Source of the DNA: Mustelus asterias
Lineage: Eukaryota
NCBI RefSeq assembly: GCF_964213995.1
Contig: NW_027590141.1
Span: 186,001-250,000 of the forward strand
Length of the DNA: 64,000 bases
Reading direction: 5' to 3'
This document shows, one piece after another, positions 37,413-49,337 of the stretch. The notes beneath the pieces were generated by a model. That model was given only the letters and a program-made list of their open reading frames with translations, did not search any database and was not told the origin of the DNA. The position numbers and the translations under genes are program-made. How positions within the stretch are numbered: position 1 is the first letter of the stretch; every line of letters starts with the position of its first letter.

Positions 37413-38057
37413 TACCCAAAAGCAAGCGTAAGCAAAATATAGCTCATTTCTCTTTCGCCAAAGCAGTTTAGCCATCTCTGATGAAAGCCGACATTGTTGA
37501 AATAATCCACCACATCAGCATTTGTGGACTTAAAGCTCCAGCAAAATATCCGCCCAATATTGCGAACTCGACTGGGCGCTTTTGTCTATGAAGTACACAT
37601 ATTACCCGCCAGGCTACACAAAGAATGCCGAATGCCAAGCTGAACGAACGAGAATATTTGCAGTATACCAACAGTAATAGCAACTTTGAAAACTCATAAT
37701 ATATCTCGTGAAACAATATAAGTTTGCTATCAATGCTAAAATATTTCTGTTCCGACATTTGCTCTTTTAATTACATTTTCTCAATAATGTTACTGGCCAC
37801 GACTGGAGACTGCAAATAGCCCCGAGCCTGAACGCAACATGGTATCGTCCTGCCCTCTGGTGGCAGTGATATGGAACTACAAAATGCAGCTTTCTCCCAC
37901 CTGTGAATCTTCAAGACTCATGTTTGTGTTCGACAATTTCCGACGATAAATTCTTCCGCGTTTTTATTTATTCCCTTTTTCAAATCTGAGACTGCACCTC
38001 GGGTGTAGAATCATTTTTCATGAATCTACCTCTTCTGGAAAAGGCAAACTTTTCCAG

Positions 38058-38155
38058 ATGTGGCTCATGGAGACTCTGTCACTCAGCCGCGGTCCGCAGC
38101 AGTTAAAACAGAAGAACAGGTGACTTTAAAATGGAGTTATAATACCACATTTTAC
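38058..38155 (+). pseudogene. Truncated TCR V pseudogene (FR1 only)
   Basis: TTTCCAG|(D)VAHGDSVTQPRSAAVKTEEQVTLKWSYNTT with Cys23->Trp; homology is lost afterwards. Confidence 0.75.
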
Positions 38156-38493
38156 CCTCTGAAAAGGGCAACATTCTGAACAGGTCAATAAAGTTACTTT
38201 TCGTACCTTCCTTGTTATAAGCCAAAGTAACCAAATTAATCCCTGACACTATTCTGATTTATAACCAATTTGTCCAAACTATGGGTGTTCTCCCGATTTT
38301 GTCGTCCCAGGATTTGAACAGCGAACTCCAGCCATGATTTTCACAGATTTAGCATCATTTTCCCAAATAAATATCAACAGTCACAAAGACCGTGTCTAAA
38401 GAGCCGCAATTTAGATTTTTCGGCAGCATGTGTGTCTTGTTCTGTATTGTAGTGAGGAATCCAGTCAACAGCCTAATTCCAGCGCGCAGAACC

Positions 38494-38511
38494 CGCCACC
38501 AGAGGGCGCCA
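38494..38511 (+). promoter_or_regulatory. CTCF consensus motif upstream of V2
   Basis: CGCCACCAGAGGGCGCCA, ~260 bp before the leader ATG. Confidence 0.6.
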
Positions 38512-38771
38512 CATTCTAGCCTGGGCGCCAGAAACTCACGTGATATTATCACTGACGCCTGCATGGATGGTAGGCTTGTGAGGTCACAATAGTCACAGCC
38601 CCCCCCCCCAACACCCACAAACACAGACACATAAACTCACACTGACCCACGCACACTGACACTCTCACAAACACACTCACTGCAATGAGCTGAACAGAGC
38701 CCGGGTTCCCTCTCTCCTTCTCAACCTCTGACTCACTCCGTTCCCATTCAGTGAGATAGATTCACTCAGAC

Positions 38772-39307
38772 ATGTTTCTGATCTTCCTGGCGGCGCTCTT
38801 GCACGGTAAGCACTGGGTAACGTACATCAAGCCAGATAGACACATTAAATGGTAATATAATTAACCATCACAAATATCGATGTGAGGGGTGAATGGGGGT
38901 GGGGGAGGTGGGGGTGGGGGAGGTGGGGGTGGGGGGGGGGCAGGGGCGGGTGCTGCAGAAACAATCGCAGATACAAACATTAACTCTTGATATTTCATTC
39001 CTCTACCTTCACAGGCGGACTGTGCGCAGATCCAGTAGCACAGTCATCGCTGCCAATAACCGCAGCAGAAGGGGATTCAGTGCAGTTGGGTTGTGAATAT
39101 ACAGACAAGGGTATGTACAGCATGCAATGGTATCAGCAGAAACCGACACAACCAGCGACATGGATTATTACCAAAGCATTAACAGTGAAGGAAGATGAAG
39201 TTTCAGGACGATATCTGGCGGCTTCTGACGCGTCTAAACAGAACGGTTACCTCAATATAAGCACCCTCAGAGTGCAGGACGGGGCGGTCTATTACTGTGC
39301 AGTGAGG
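38772..39307 (+). CDS. TCR alpha/delta-type V gene segment V2, intact (leader 38772-38805, V exon 39015-39307)
   Basis: MFLIFLAALLH|G GTAAG..CACAG, then GGLCADPVAQS..AEGDSVQLGC..MQWYQQKP..LNISTLRVQDGAVYYCAVR. Confidence 0.9.
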
Positions 39308-39346
39308 CACAGCGTTAGATTAAAGCTAAAACCCCGTACAAAAACC
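39308..39346 (+). promoter_or_regulatory. 23-RSS of V2
   Basis: CACAGCG + 23 nt + ACAAAAACC (consensus nonamer). Confidence 0.93.
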
Positions 39347-39501
39347 TCAGCGAGTATTTACAGCTCCATTAAGTTTCCTCCTGCGCGAATGGTTTGACCC
39401 GGCTTCAAGAAGACAGTCATTTCTATTTAGGGTAGAGCCGACGGGATGATTGGATACCACCTGAAGACTCTGTCAGCAATAAGCCAATAAGCAGATGGTG
39501 T

Positions 39502-40010
39502 TGTGGTGAACCATCGTTGGTTCCCACTAGGTAGTACTGAGCCAGGGTCTGGCCAGTACTACGAGTCTGTATATATGTTGCTGTTGGGGTTAGGGATGGG
39601 TTGTTCTATTTGTTACTGTTGGGGTTAGGGTTGGGCTGTTACACCTGTATTATAGTTATTAAGGTACATCCCAGTCGGGCTCCGCCTCCTGGGAGAGGTA
39701 TAAAGGTCACTGCTCTGTTTGGGACCCCTCAGTCTGGGATCGTGTACTATATATGGTAGCTTCATTGTAATAGTAAATAAAAGCCTTTATTTCCTTGAGC
39801 ATCTCAAGCCTCGTGAGTAATATCGCGCATCAATTTTATTTACTATTAATTAAACTCTTGTCGTTAAAAAAAAAGGAAAACGATACAGAGAGTATGGAAC
39901 AAGTAGAACAACCCATCCCTAACCCCAACAGCAACATATATACAGACTCGTAGTACTGTCCAGACCCTGGCTCAGTACTACCTAGTGGGAACCAACGATG
40001 GTTCACCATA
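39502..40010 (+). mobile_element. LTR-derived element with ~107-bp inverted termini and 5-bp TSD (GGTGT)
   Basis: LTR TG..CA at 39502-39832 with TATA and AATAAA. 39904-40010 is the reverse complement of 39502-39608. GGTGT at 39497 and 40011. Confidence 0.8.
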
Positions 40011-40170
40011 GGTGTTATCTAATATTCTCTTAATTCTCGATCCAGTGATCTCAGCTCTTCCTCCCATTGATTCTGTAGGATGTGACATCCACTGCTCTCA
40101 GCTTTATCTCGTTCGATATTCTGCAACTTTCGGAGACACAAGTCCTGGGAATCCAGGAGCAGCAGCAGCG

Positions 40171-41088
40171 ATGCGGAGCTCCCTTCTCGCTGTTTTCTGG
40201 GTGACATTCATTGTCGGTAAGAAGTTTGAAACTTGAAAAAGAGTAAAAGGGAGTTTAATTTATGGAGGAATAAGTTTGAAAAGCAGGGCTTTCGTGTTAA
40301 ACAAGTATTAGACCTGCCTTAGAGCACAAATGAATCTTTGTGGCTTTGGTCTTTTGGAGAACAGGTTCTAAAAGCGCACAGCAAAGGCGATTTAAAGAGA
40401 TGGTACCAGGGTTGGAAGATGAGAGCTATCAGAAAGCATTATAAAAATTATGATTACTCTCTCTCTGGACGAGAAGACAATCAGGTAATCTGACTGATTT
40501 CTGGACAATGATGATCAAATCAATTTAAATAATAATAAAGCAAATCAAAGAGATTTAGTGTGCTGGACGGGGAGAGGATGATTCCATCTGGGGAGAATTA
40601 CATATCTGTGTCCCATAAATCTAAGTGAAACAAAAAGATCAACTGGGAATTACAGAGAAATTTTTTTTGAAAGAGTTCTGTAGAAGTGACTCACACTGAC
40701 ACAATGAACTGTTGAGGAGAGGAGTAACGATGCATTTGAGGGCAAACTAGAGAACCCGCTGAGGTAGAAAGGGATAGAGGTATTTGAGATGAGGCAGGAG
40801 GGAGGATTCTCTGAGGGATTGTGAAAGGGGACATAGATCAGTTGGAGTGAATGTGTTAGAATTTAATACCTTCTTTTATGTTACACTGATTTTTCACCCT
40901 CGCGTCAAGTGAACTTTTAATCAATGACTTTTGTTTGTTAACCTTGTGTTCTCGATCTGAACGATGGAGATTCTGTTACTCAGCGGGAATCCTCACTCAC
41001 ACAGACAGAGGGAGAAGATGTCACTTTAATCTGCACCTATACCGACGATGCTTATTATTTATTCTGGTATTGTCAATACCCAGGCAGA
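40171..41088 (+). pseudogene. TCR V pseudogene V3 (leader 40171-40216; V exon 40955-~41088, cut by CR1)
   Basis: MRSSLLAVFWVTFIV|G GTAAG; acceptor mutated (TCG). DLNDGDSVTQRESSLTQTEGEDVTLICTY..YYLFWYCQYPGR is followed by CR1 sequence. Confidence 0.85.
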
Positions 41089-42168
41089 CATCCCTCCAAA
41101 CTATCCACAACACCATCAACTTTCGTGTCGTCGGCAAACTTACCAACCCATCCCTCCACTTCCTCATCCAGTCATTTATGAAAATGACAAACATCAAGGG
41201 TCCCAGAACAGATCCCTGGGGCAATCCACTGGTGACCGACCTCCATTCGGAAAAAGTCCCATCTACAACCACTCTCTGCCTTCTGCAGGCAAGCCAGATC
41301 TGAATCCACAAGGCAACAGCCCCTTGGATCCCATGCCCTCTCACTTTCTCGAGAAGTCTTGCATGGGGGACCTTATCGAATGCCTTGCTGAAGTCCATGT
41401 AAACCACATCTACCGCCTTTCCTTCGTCAATGTGTTCAGTCACATTTTCAAAGAACTCCACCAGGCTCGTAAGGCACGATTTGCCTTTGACAAAGCCGTG
41501 CTGACTATGTTTGAGCATCCTAAACTTCTCTAAATGTTCATAAATCCTGTCCCTCAGGATTTTCTCCATCAACTTACCAACCACTGAGGTTAGACTCACC
41601 AGTCGGTAATTTCCTGGGCTATCCCTATTCCCTTTCTTCAATATAGGAACCACATCCGCAATCCTCCAATCCTCCAGAACCTCTCCCGTCTCCATCGATG
41701 ATGCAAAGATCATCGCCAGAGGCTCTGCAGTCTCTTCCCTCGCCTCCCACAGTAACCTGGGGTACATCCCACCCGGTCCCAGCAACTTATCTATCTTGAT
41801 GCTATTCAAAATTTCCAACACATCCTCTTTCTTAATGTCCTCATACTCAATCTTTTCAGTCCACCTCAGTCCTGTAGTACAACCACCCATGTCTTTTTCC
41901 ACCGTGAATACCGAGGTAAAATATTCATTAAGCACCTCTGCTATTTCTTCCAGTTCTGTACAGACTTTCTCACCTTCACATTTTATAGGTCCTATTCCTT
42001 CACATCTCATCCTTTTACTCTTCACATATTTATAGAACGCCTCAGGGTTCTCCTTAATCTTACCTGCCAAGGCCTTCTCGTGACCGCTTCTTGCTCTCCT
42101 AATTTCTTTCTTAAGTCCCTTCCTACAAGCCGTATACTCATCTAGATCCCTATCATCGCCTAGCTCTC
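41089..42168 (-). mobile_element. CR1 ORF2 internal fragment (RT domain)
   Basis: QHGFVKGKSCLTSL, YMDFSKAFDKVPH, PQGSVLGP and FADDTK motifs; no 3' end. Confidence 0.9.
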
Positions 42169-42779
42169 TTTTATGAACTCTCTGAATATTCAATTCAGAA
42201 TGAGGAGATGCATAATAAATAAATGTATTGATGTTAAATGTTGAATAATGAAACAAATACCGAGTAAAATAGATTGACAATGATGCATTTACCACAGTGG
42301 TTCATTTTCAGTTTTTGTTTCAGATTTCAGCATCCACAGTTTTTTGCTTTTATTTATTCGCTCTGACCTGGGCCTCAAAATTCATTCAGGGCATTCGGAA
42401 ATACTGGATTTTCATGAGAAGAAAAAGAGGAGCATGTTCTCCAGGAGCACCTGGAGAACGTGCAGACTCCGCACAGACAGTCACCCAAGCCGAGAAACGA
42501 ACATGAGTCCCTGGTGCTATAATGGTTGTCCACAGAGAGAATGTGGACAGCCATTAGCAGTCTTTTCCCCTGGTTTCTGTGGCTATGGCTCATCTTTCAT
42601 TCCCTCACCCTGCAGTATAAATACCTCCCACTTGCTATTTCTTTTTGCTTTGACAAAGGGTCATCTGGACTCAATATTGCAAATATCTCTGACATTAAGT
42701 GATGTCCATCTTTGTGCGGGGCAAACGTGCTCCATTTGGACAGAAGGTGAAGTGTCGGAACAGATGTGCCCCTAAAAAA

Positions 42780-43130
42780 GATGACGACGATGTGGGGGCG
42801 GGGCTTTGGGCGGTGCCCGCAGAACGCTTAGGCGGTTGGGCTTGCACATGCGCATTGGAGCGGGAGTGTTTTGTTGACGGAAATACGCGGCTTCTTCTCT
42901 TGATCGGAATCAGATTTGAAAGGGGGGGACGGTTAACGGTCAGCGGCGTTGTCATGGCTGCAGGGGCGGGGCTTGACAACCGCGCGTGCTGGCGCAAGCG
43001 GACCCTGAGCGGCACCAGCAGGTGCGGAGGCCGCGCGGGGAGCCGGGGTCTCGAGTAAGCGACAAGCCGGGTCAGCCCACCTCTCCCGAGGGGACGCCAC
43101 CGCACACTGACCCGGGGACGTGGCACCAAC
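42780..43130 (+). promoter_or_regulatory. CpG island/promoter of the EMC4 copy
   Basis: GC boxes, NRF1-like GCACATGCGCA, ETS-like CGGAA and high CpG content. Confidence 0.6.
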
Positions 43131-44145
43131 CCAAAACTTCCCAACCCCGGGTTTTTCACGCCTCTTTTACCCCTCACCGAGCTCCTGATCACAAAGCAGC
43201 CCTTCAAATCCCCCAGAAACCACTCAGACCCCACTTGGCATCTTTTCCCCAGGTCATGACCCTGAGATGCCCTTTTGGTTTCAGCCCCTCCACCTGATCA
43301 GGTGCCAACTGCGGTGGTGGTTGGAGGAACGATTGCTCGTTTCCAGGGCCGGGTGCTGAACTGGATCTCTCTCAATGTCCCGCAGTGTTTGTTTTCAAGA
43401 TACAATTTGGTACTTCTGGTGATTTGTCACTTTGTCCCTAAATGGAGGGTAAGTGGATTGGCACCCTGATTATCAATTCACACTAAATCCACTTCTGCAG
43501 CCCTCCATTCCCGTGGCAGTTCAGTGGACACAATGGCAGTGTGTGTCTGAGGTTTGCCCAAGCTTTAGTTCATGCTGGCACTATTGCCACCACGTTGGGG
43601 TCCTCAACAGAGAGACTCCCTCTTTAAAGAAGGTCTTGAAAGGGTGACCAATTTGTGTTTTCTGTTTCTCACAGGAGCCGTGATCAACAGTGTGGCCAGA
43701 GAGACTCCATGCACCCAATCGCATATTCGGACAAACAGCTCCCGGACATCTGCATCCAAGAAACAGACAGGATCCTGGTCGAGAAAGTAAGTTGGATTTG
43801 AATGTGTCTTTAGTGTGTGGTTGACAACGCCCCTGGTTTGTCCACGGTGGTGAAGTACCTTGGTGAACCACAGCAGCCTGTGTGTTAAAGGGTTAATGGT
43901 CATCCTTACTTCCAGGCCTGGATATAAGATCAGTATATGGCCTCCCCTAACCGGCCCCCTTTACTGATACCCTGCTCACTTTCTGTTTTCAGTCCTGCTG
44001 AGACACCGCCTTGGGCCCATTGAAACAGCTGCCCATGAATCTGTTCATCATGTACATGGCTGGCAACACCATCTCCATCCTCCCTATCATGATGTGTGCA
44101 TGGTGGCCTGGAGACCCATACAGGCCTTCATGTCCCTGTCTGCAA
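42954..44145 (+). pseudogene. EMC4: Unprocessed, 3'-truncated ER membrane complex subunit 4 pseudogene (exons 42954-43021, 43675-43786, 43993-44145)
   Basis: [18 protein letters not shown] | [28 protein letters not shown] matches EMC4/TMEM85. GT-AG introns, TGA at 43999 and a 1-nt deletion at ~44095. Later exons are absent. Confidence 0.9.
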
Positions 44146-44534
44146 GTGAGTATTGTATTGAATCTACAGCTCAGAAACAGCTCTGAACCGGCATCACTTG
44201 CGCAGCTTAGAATAGAGTTCTGGGAGTTGGGTAATTAACGGAGTTAGGGAAGGAAGGGAAAGAGGTGCCCTTTTGCTTTCTAACTTTCTCAGCCTTTAGG
44301 AAGTGATCTTACTCTTCGACAGGAGAAGAAGCCAGATTTTTGGTGAGTATCTGCTAAGTAACTAAGATTTATTCTGTTCCTAAGGATCAAAATAGTATAG
44401 CAACAGGTGGTAAGGTTAATAAAATACTTAAAAACAAAAATAAATTATCATTGGATAAAAGAAATAGTTTATTAGTACACATTCAAGCTGCAGCATTTGG
44501 GAGTTCCTGGGTGTCAGTTTGATCCAGGGCAAAC

Positions 44535-47500
44535 AGGCATAGAGGTTTACAGCATGGAAACAGACCCTTCGGCCCAACTTGTCCATGCCACCCTTTTTTT
44601 AAAACCCCTGAGCTCGTCCCAATTGTCCACATTTCGTCCATATTCCTCTATACCCATTTTACCCATGTAACTGTCTAAATGCTTTTTGAAATACAAAATT
44701 GTACCCCCCTCTACTACTACCTCTGGCAGCTTGTTCCAGACACTCACCACCCTCTGTGCAAAACAATTGCCCCTCTGGACACTTTTCTAACTCTCCCCTC
44801 TCACCTTAAACCTATGCCCTCTAGTTTTAGACTCCCCTACCTTTGGGAGAAGATATTGACTATCCAGCTGACCTATGCCCCTCATTATTTTATAGACCTC
44901 TATAACATCAACCTCAGCCTCCTAAGCTCCAGAGGAAAAATGCCCCAGTCTATCCAGCCTCTCCTTATAACTCAAACCATCAAGTCTGGTAGCATCCTAG
45001 TAAATCTCTTCTGCACTCTTTCTAGTTTAATAATATCCTTTCTATAATAGGGTGACCAGAACTGTACATAGTATTCCAAGTGTGGCCTTACCAATGTCTT
45101 GTACAACTTCAACAAGATGTCCCAACTCCTGTATTCAATGTTCTGACCAATGAAACCAAGCATGCCGAATGCCTTATTCTCCACTCTGTCCACCTGTGAC
45201 TCCACTTTCAAGGAGCTATGAACATGTACCCTTAGATCTCTTTGTGCTATAACTCTCCCCAACACCTACCATTAACTGAGTAAGTCAGACATAGAATATA
45301 GAACAGGCCCTTCGGCCCACGATGTTGTGCCGAGCTTTATCTGAAACCAAGATCAAGCTATCCCACTCCCTATCATCGGGGTGTGCTCCATGTGCCTATC
45401 CAATAACCGCTTAAATGTTCCTGAAGTGTCTGACTCCACTATCACTGCAGGCAGTCCATTCCACACCACAACCACTCTCTGTGTAAAGAACCTACCTCGG
45501 ACATCCTTCCTATATCTCCCACCATGAACCCTATGGTTATGCCCCCTTGTAATAGCTCCATCCACCCGAGGAAATAGTCTTTGAACGTTCACTCTATCTA
45601 TCCCCTTCATCATTTTATAAACCTCTATTAAGTCTCCCCTCAACCTCCTCCGCTCCAGAGAGAACAGCCCAAGCTCCCTCAATCTTTCCTCAGAAAACTT
45701 ACCCTCCAAACCAGGCAGCATCTGGGAAATCTCCTCTGCACTCTTTCCAGCGCTTCCACATCCTTCTTATAGTGAGGTGACCAGAACTGCACACAATATT
45801 CCAAATGTGGTCTCACCAAGGTCCTGTACAGTTGCAGCATAACCCCACGGCATTTAAACTCCAACCCCTGTTAATAAAAGCTAACACACTATTGGCCTTC
45901 TTCACAGCTCTATCCACTTGAGTGGCAACATTCAGAGATCTGTGGATATGGACCCCAAGATCTCGCTGTTCCTCCACAGTCTTCAGAAACCTACCTTTGA
46001 CCCTGGAATCCACATTTCAATTTGTCCTACCAAAATGAATCACCTCACATTTATCAGGGTTAAACTCCATCTGCCATTTTTCAGCCCAGCTTTGCATCCT
46101 ATCTATGTCTCTTTGCAGTCTACAACAGCCCTCCACCTCATCCACTACTTCACCAATCTTGGTGTCATCAGCAAATTTACTGATCCACCCTTCAGCCCCC
46201 TCCTCTAGGTCATTAATAAACATCACAACTAACAGAGGACCAAGCACTGATCCCTGTGGCACTCCGCTAGCAACCTGCCTCCAGTCCGAAAATTTTCCAT
46301 TCAACACCACCCTCTGTCTTCGATCAGACAGCCAGTTACCTATCCAATCGGCCAACTTTCCGTCTATCCCAACCTCCTCACTTTCATCATAAGCTGACCA
46401 TGGGAGACTTTATCAAACCCCTCACTAAAATCTATGTATATGACATCAACTGCCCTACCTTCATCAACACACTTAGTTACCTCCTCAAAAAATTCTATCA
46501 AATTTGTGAGGCACGACTTGCCCTTCACGAATCCGTGCTGACTATCCCGGATTAATCCGCATCTTTCTAAATGGTCGTAAATCCCGTCCCTAAGGACCTT
46601 TTCCATCAACTTACCAACCACCGAAGTAAGACTAACCGGCCTATAATTACCAGGGTCATTTCTATTCCCTTTCTTAAACAGAAGAACAACACTCACCACT
46701 CTCCAGTCCTCTGGCACTATCCCCGTGGACAGTGAGGACCCAAAGATCAAAGCCAAAGGCTCTGCAATCTCATCCCTTGCCTCCCAAAGAATCCTAGGAT
46801 ATATTTCATCAGGCCCAGGAGACTTATCGACCTTCAGTTTATTCAAAACTGCTAGTACATCCTCCCGCCGAACATCTACTTCCTCCAGCCTATTAGCCTG
46901 TAACACCTTCTCTTCCTCAAAAACATGACCCCTCTCCTTGGTGAACACTGAAGAAAAGTATTCATTCATCACCTTTCCTATCTCTACTGACTCCATACAC
47001 AAGTTCCCACTACTGTCCTTGACCGGCCCTAACCTCACCCTGGTCATTCTTTTATTCCTCACATAAGAGTAAAAAGCCTTGGGGTTTTCCTTGATCCGAC
47101 CCGCCAAGGACTTCTCATGCCCCCTCCTAGCTCTCCTAAGCCCCTTTTTCAGCTCATTCCTTGCTAACCTGTAACCCTCAATCGAGCCATCTGAACCTTG
47201 TTTCCTCATAAGCTTCCCTCTTCCTTTTTGCAAGACATTCCACCTCTTTTGTGAACCATGGTTCCCTCACTCGGCCATTTCCTCCCTGCCTGACAGGGAC
47301 ATACCTATCAAGGACACCCAGTATTTGTTCCTTGAAAAAGTTCCACTTTTCATTAGTGCCTTTCCCCGACAGTTTCTGTTCCCAACTTATGCCCCCTAAT
47401 TCTTGCCTAATCGCATCATAATTACCTCTCCCTCAATTATAAACCTTGCCCTGCCGTAAGGCCCTATCCCTCTCCATTGCAATAACAAAAGACACCGAAT

Positions 47501-47777
47501 TGTGGTCACTATCTCCAAAGTGCTCTCCCACAACCAAATCTAACACTTGGCCCGGTTCATTTCCCAGTACCAAATCCACTGTGGCCCCACCTCTTGTCGG
47601 CCTATCCACATATTGTGTCAGGAAACCCTCCTGCACACACTGCACAAAAAATGCCCCATCCGAACTATTCGACCTACAAAGGTTCCAATCAATATTTGGA
47701 AAGTTAAAGTCCCCCATGACAACTACCCTGTGCCCCCCACACCTATCCATAATCTGCTTAGCAATTTCTTCCTCCAC
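44535..47777 (-). mobile_element. Two tandem CR1 copies (44535-45285 3' fragment; 45290-47777 ~2.5 kb ORF2 with frameshifts)
   Basis: Endonuclease end (MGDFNFPNIDW, GDSDH), RT motifs and tails. Confidence 0.92.
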
Positions 47778-47859
47778 CTGGTTTCAGCAGCAGGTGAGCT
47801 GAGGCCAGGACAAAGTGGGGCGATGTCACTGAGGTGGAAATAGGTAGTGAAGGTGGTGA

Positions 47860-48645
47860 TGTGGCAAATAGAGTTAAATACAGATCAGTGTGAGGTGTTG
47901 CATCATGGGAAGTCAAACCAAGGTAGAACTTTCACGGTGAATGGGAGGACCTCAGGGAGTATCGTGGAACAGAGGGACTTTGGAGTTCAGGTGCACGGTT
48001 CTCTTAAGATGGCGTCACGTGGAGATAGGGCAGTGAAGAAGGCTTTTGACATGCTGGCCTTTATCAGTCAGGGCATTGAGTATAGGAGTTGGGAAGTTAT
48101 GTTGCAGTTGTACAGGACTTTGGTGAGGCTGCACCTGGAATATTGTGCTCAGTTTTGGTCACCTTGATTTGGAAAACTGGAGAGAGTGCAGAAGAGATTT
48201 ACAAGGATGTTACCAGGACTCAAGTTATAGGGAGAGATTGGATGAGTTAGGACTTTTTTCTTTGGAGCGTAGGAGACTGAGGGGTGATCTTATAGAGGTG
48301 TGTAAGATCATCAGAGGCATGGATAGGTTGAATGCACTCAGTCTTTTTCCCAGGGTTGGGGAATTAAGAATTAGAGGGCATAAGTTTAAGTTAAGAGGGA
48401 AATGAATTAATGGGAACCTGAGGAGCAGCTTTTTTACACAGAGGGTGGTACGGGTGTGGAATGAGCTGCCGGAGGGAGTGGTTGAGGCAAGGACATTGAC
48501 AACATTTAAAAGGCATTTGGACAGGTACATGGATAGGAAAGGTTTAGAGGGATATGGGCCAAATGGAGTTAGCTTACATGGGCATTTTTGGTGGGCATTG
48601 TCCAGTTTGGGCCGAAGGGCCTGTCTCCGTGCTGTAGATTCTATG
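47860..48645 (+). mobile_element. CR1 3' fragment
   Basis: LYRTLVRLHLEYCAQFWSP; LGLFSLERRRLRGDLIEV. Confidence 0.88.
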
Positions 48646-49337
48646 AGGATATGTTTGGAAGCTCAGTTTGAAGTGAAACATGTCACTGAGGTTGTGAATA
48701 CTCCGGTTCAGCCTCAGACAGTCGCAATGGGGACAGATGGAGTCAGTGGTTAGGAAGTGGAATTTGTTGCAGGGCTGGAGATGATAGCCTTCATCTTCCA
48801 ATATTTAACAAAGGCAATTACTGCTCATCCAGTCCTGGATGTCAGACAAGGGAGGTGTGTAAAGTTGGAGAAAAACGTGAAGATGATGGTGTTCACATAC
48901 ACCCCTTACCCTGATCCTTCTCGGTGGGCAGGTTAACGGTTTTAAGGTTCAAATCTCTGGCTGAGTTGTAGATGCCCCCATCTCTCTCTCCATCCATAGA
49001 GGCCAGAGCCTTGTGTAGTCCCAGACTGGATGGCAGATTCCCTTCCCTGGCAGACATTAGTGAACCAGTTGAGGTTTTATGACAATCCAGCAGTTTCCAT
49101 GGTAATGTTTTCCTGGTGCCGGCCCCACAAATGACCAGATTCATTCAGCTCAATTTCACAACCTGCTTTTGTGTTTTTGTGGATTCTCTCTCACTCCCTC
49201 TTTTCACTGTTTTAAATCAATTTCACAGGGTTTTAGAAGGGGAGGATTTGCAGTCAGGAAACTCAAACCAAACATCACATCAGGATCTGACTGAGTTGCC
49301 CAATTTATTGTAACCTGAATATAACTGAACCTTGAGC

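Noticed and set aside
41021-42295. 424-aa ORF as a host gene or V-RT fusion
   Set aside because: CR1 RT fragment antisense to the V, with ends running into unrelated sequence.
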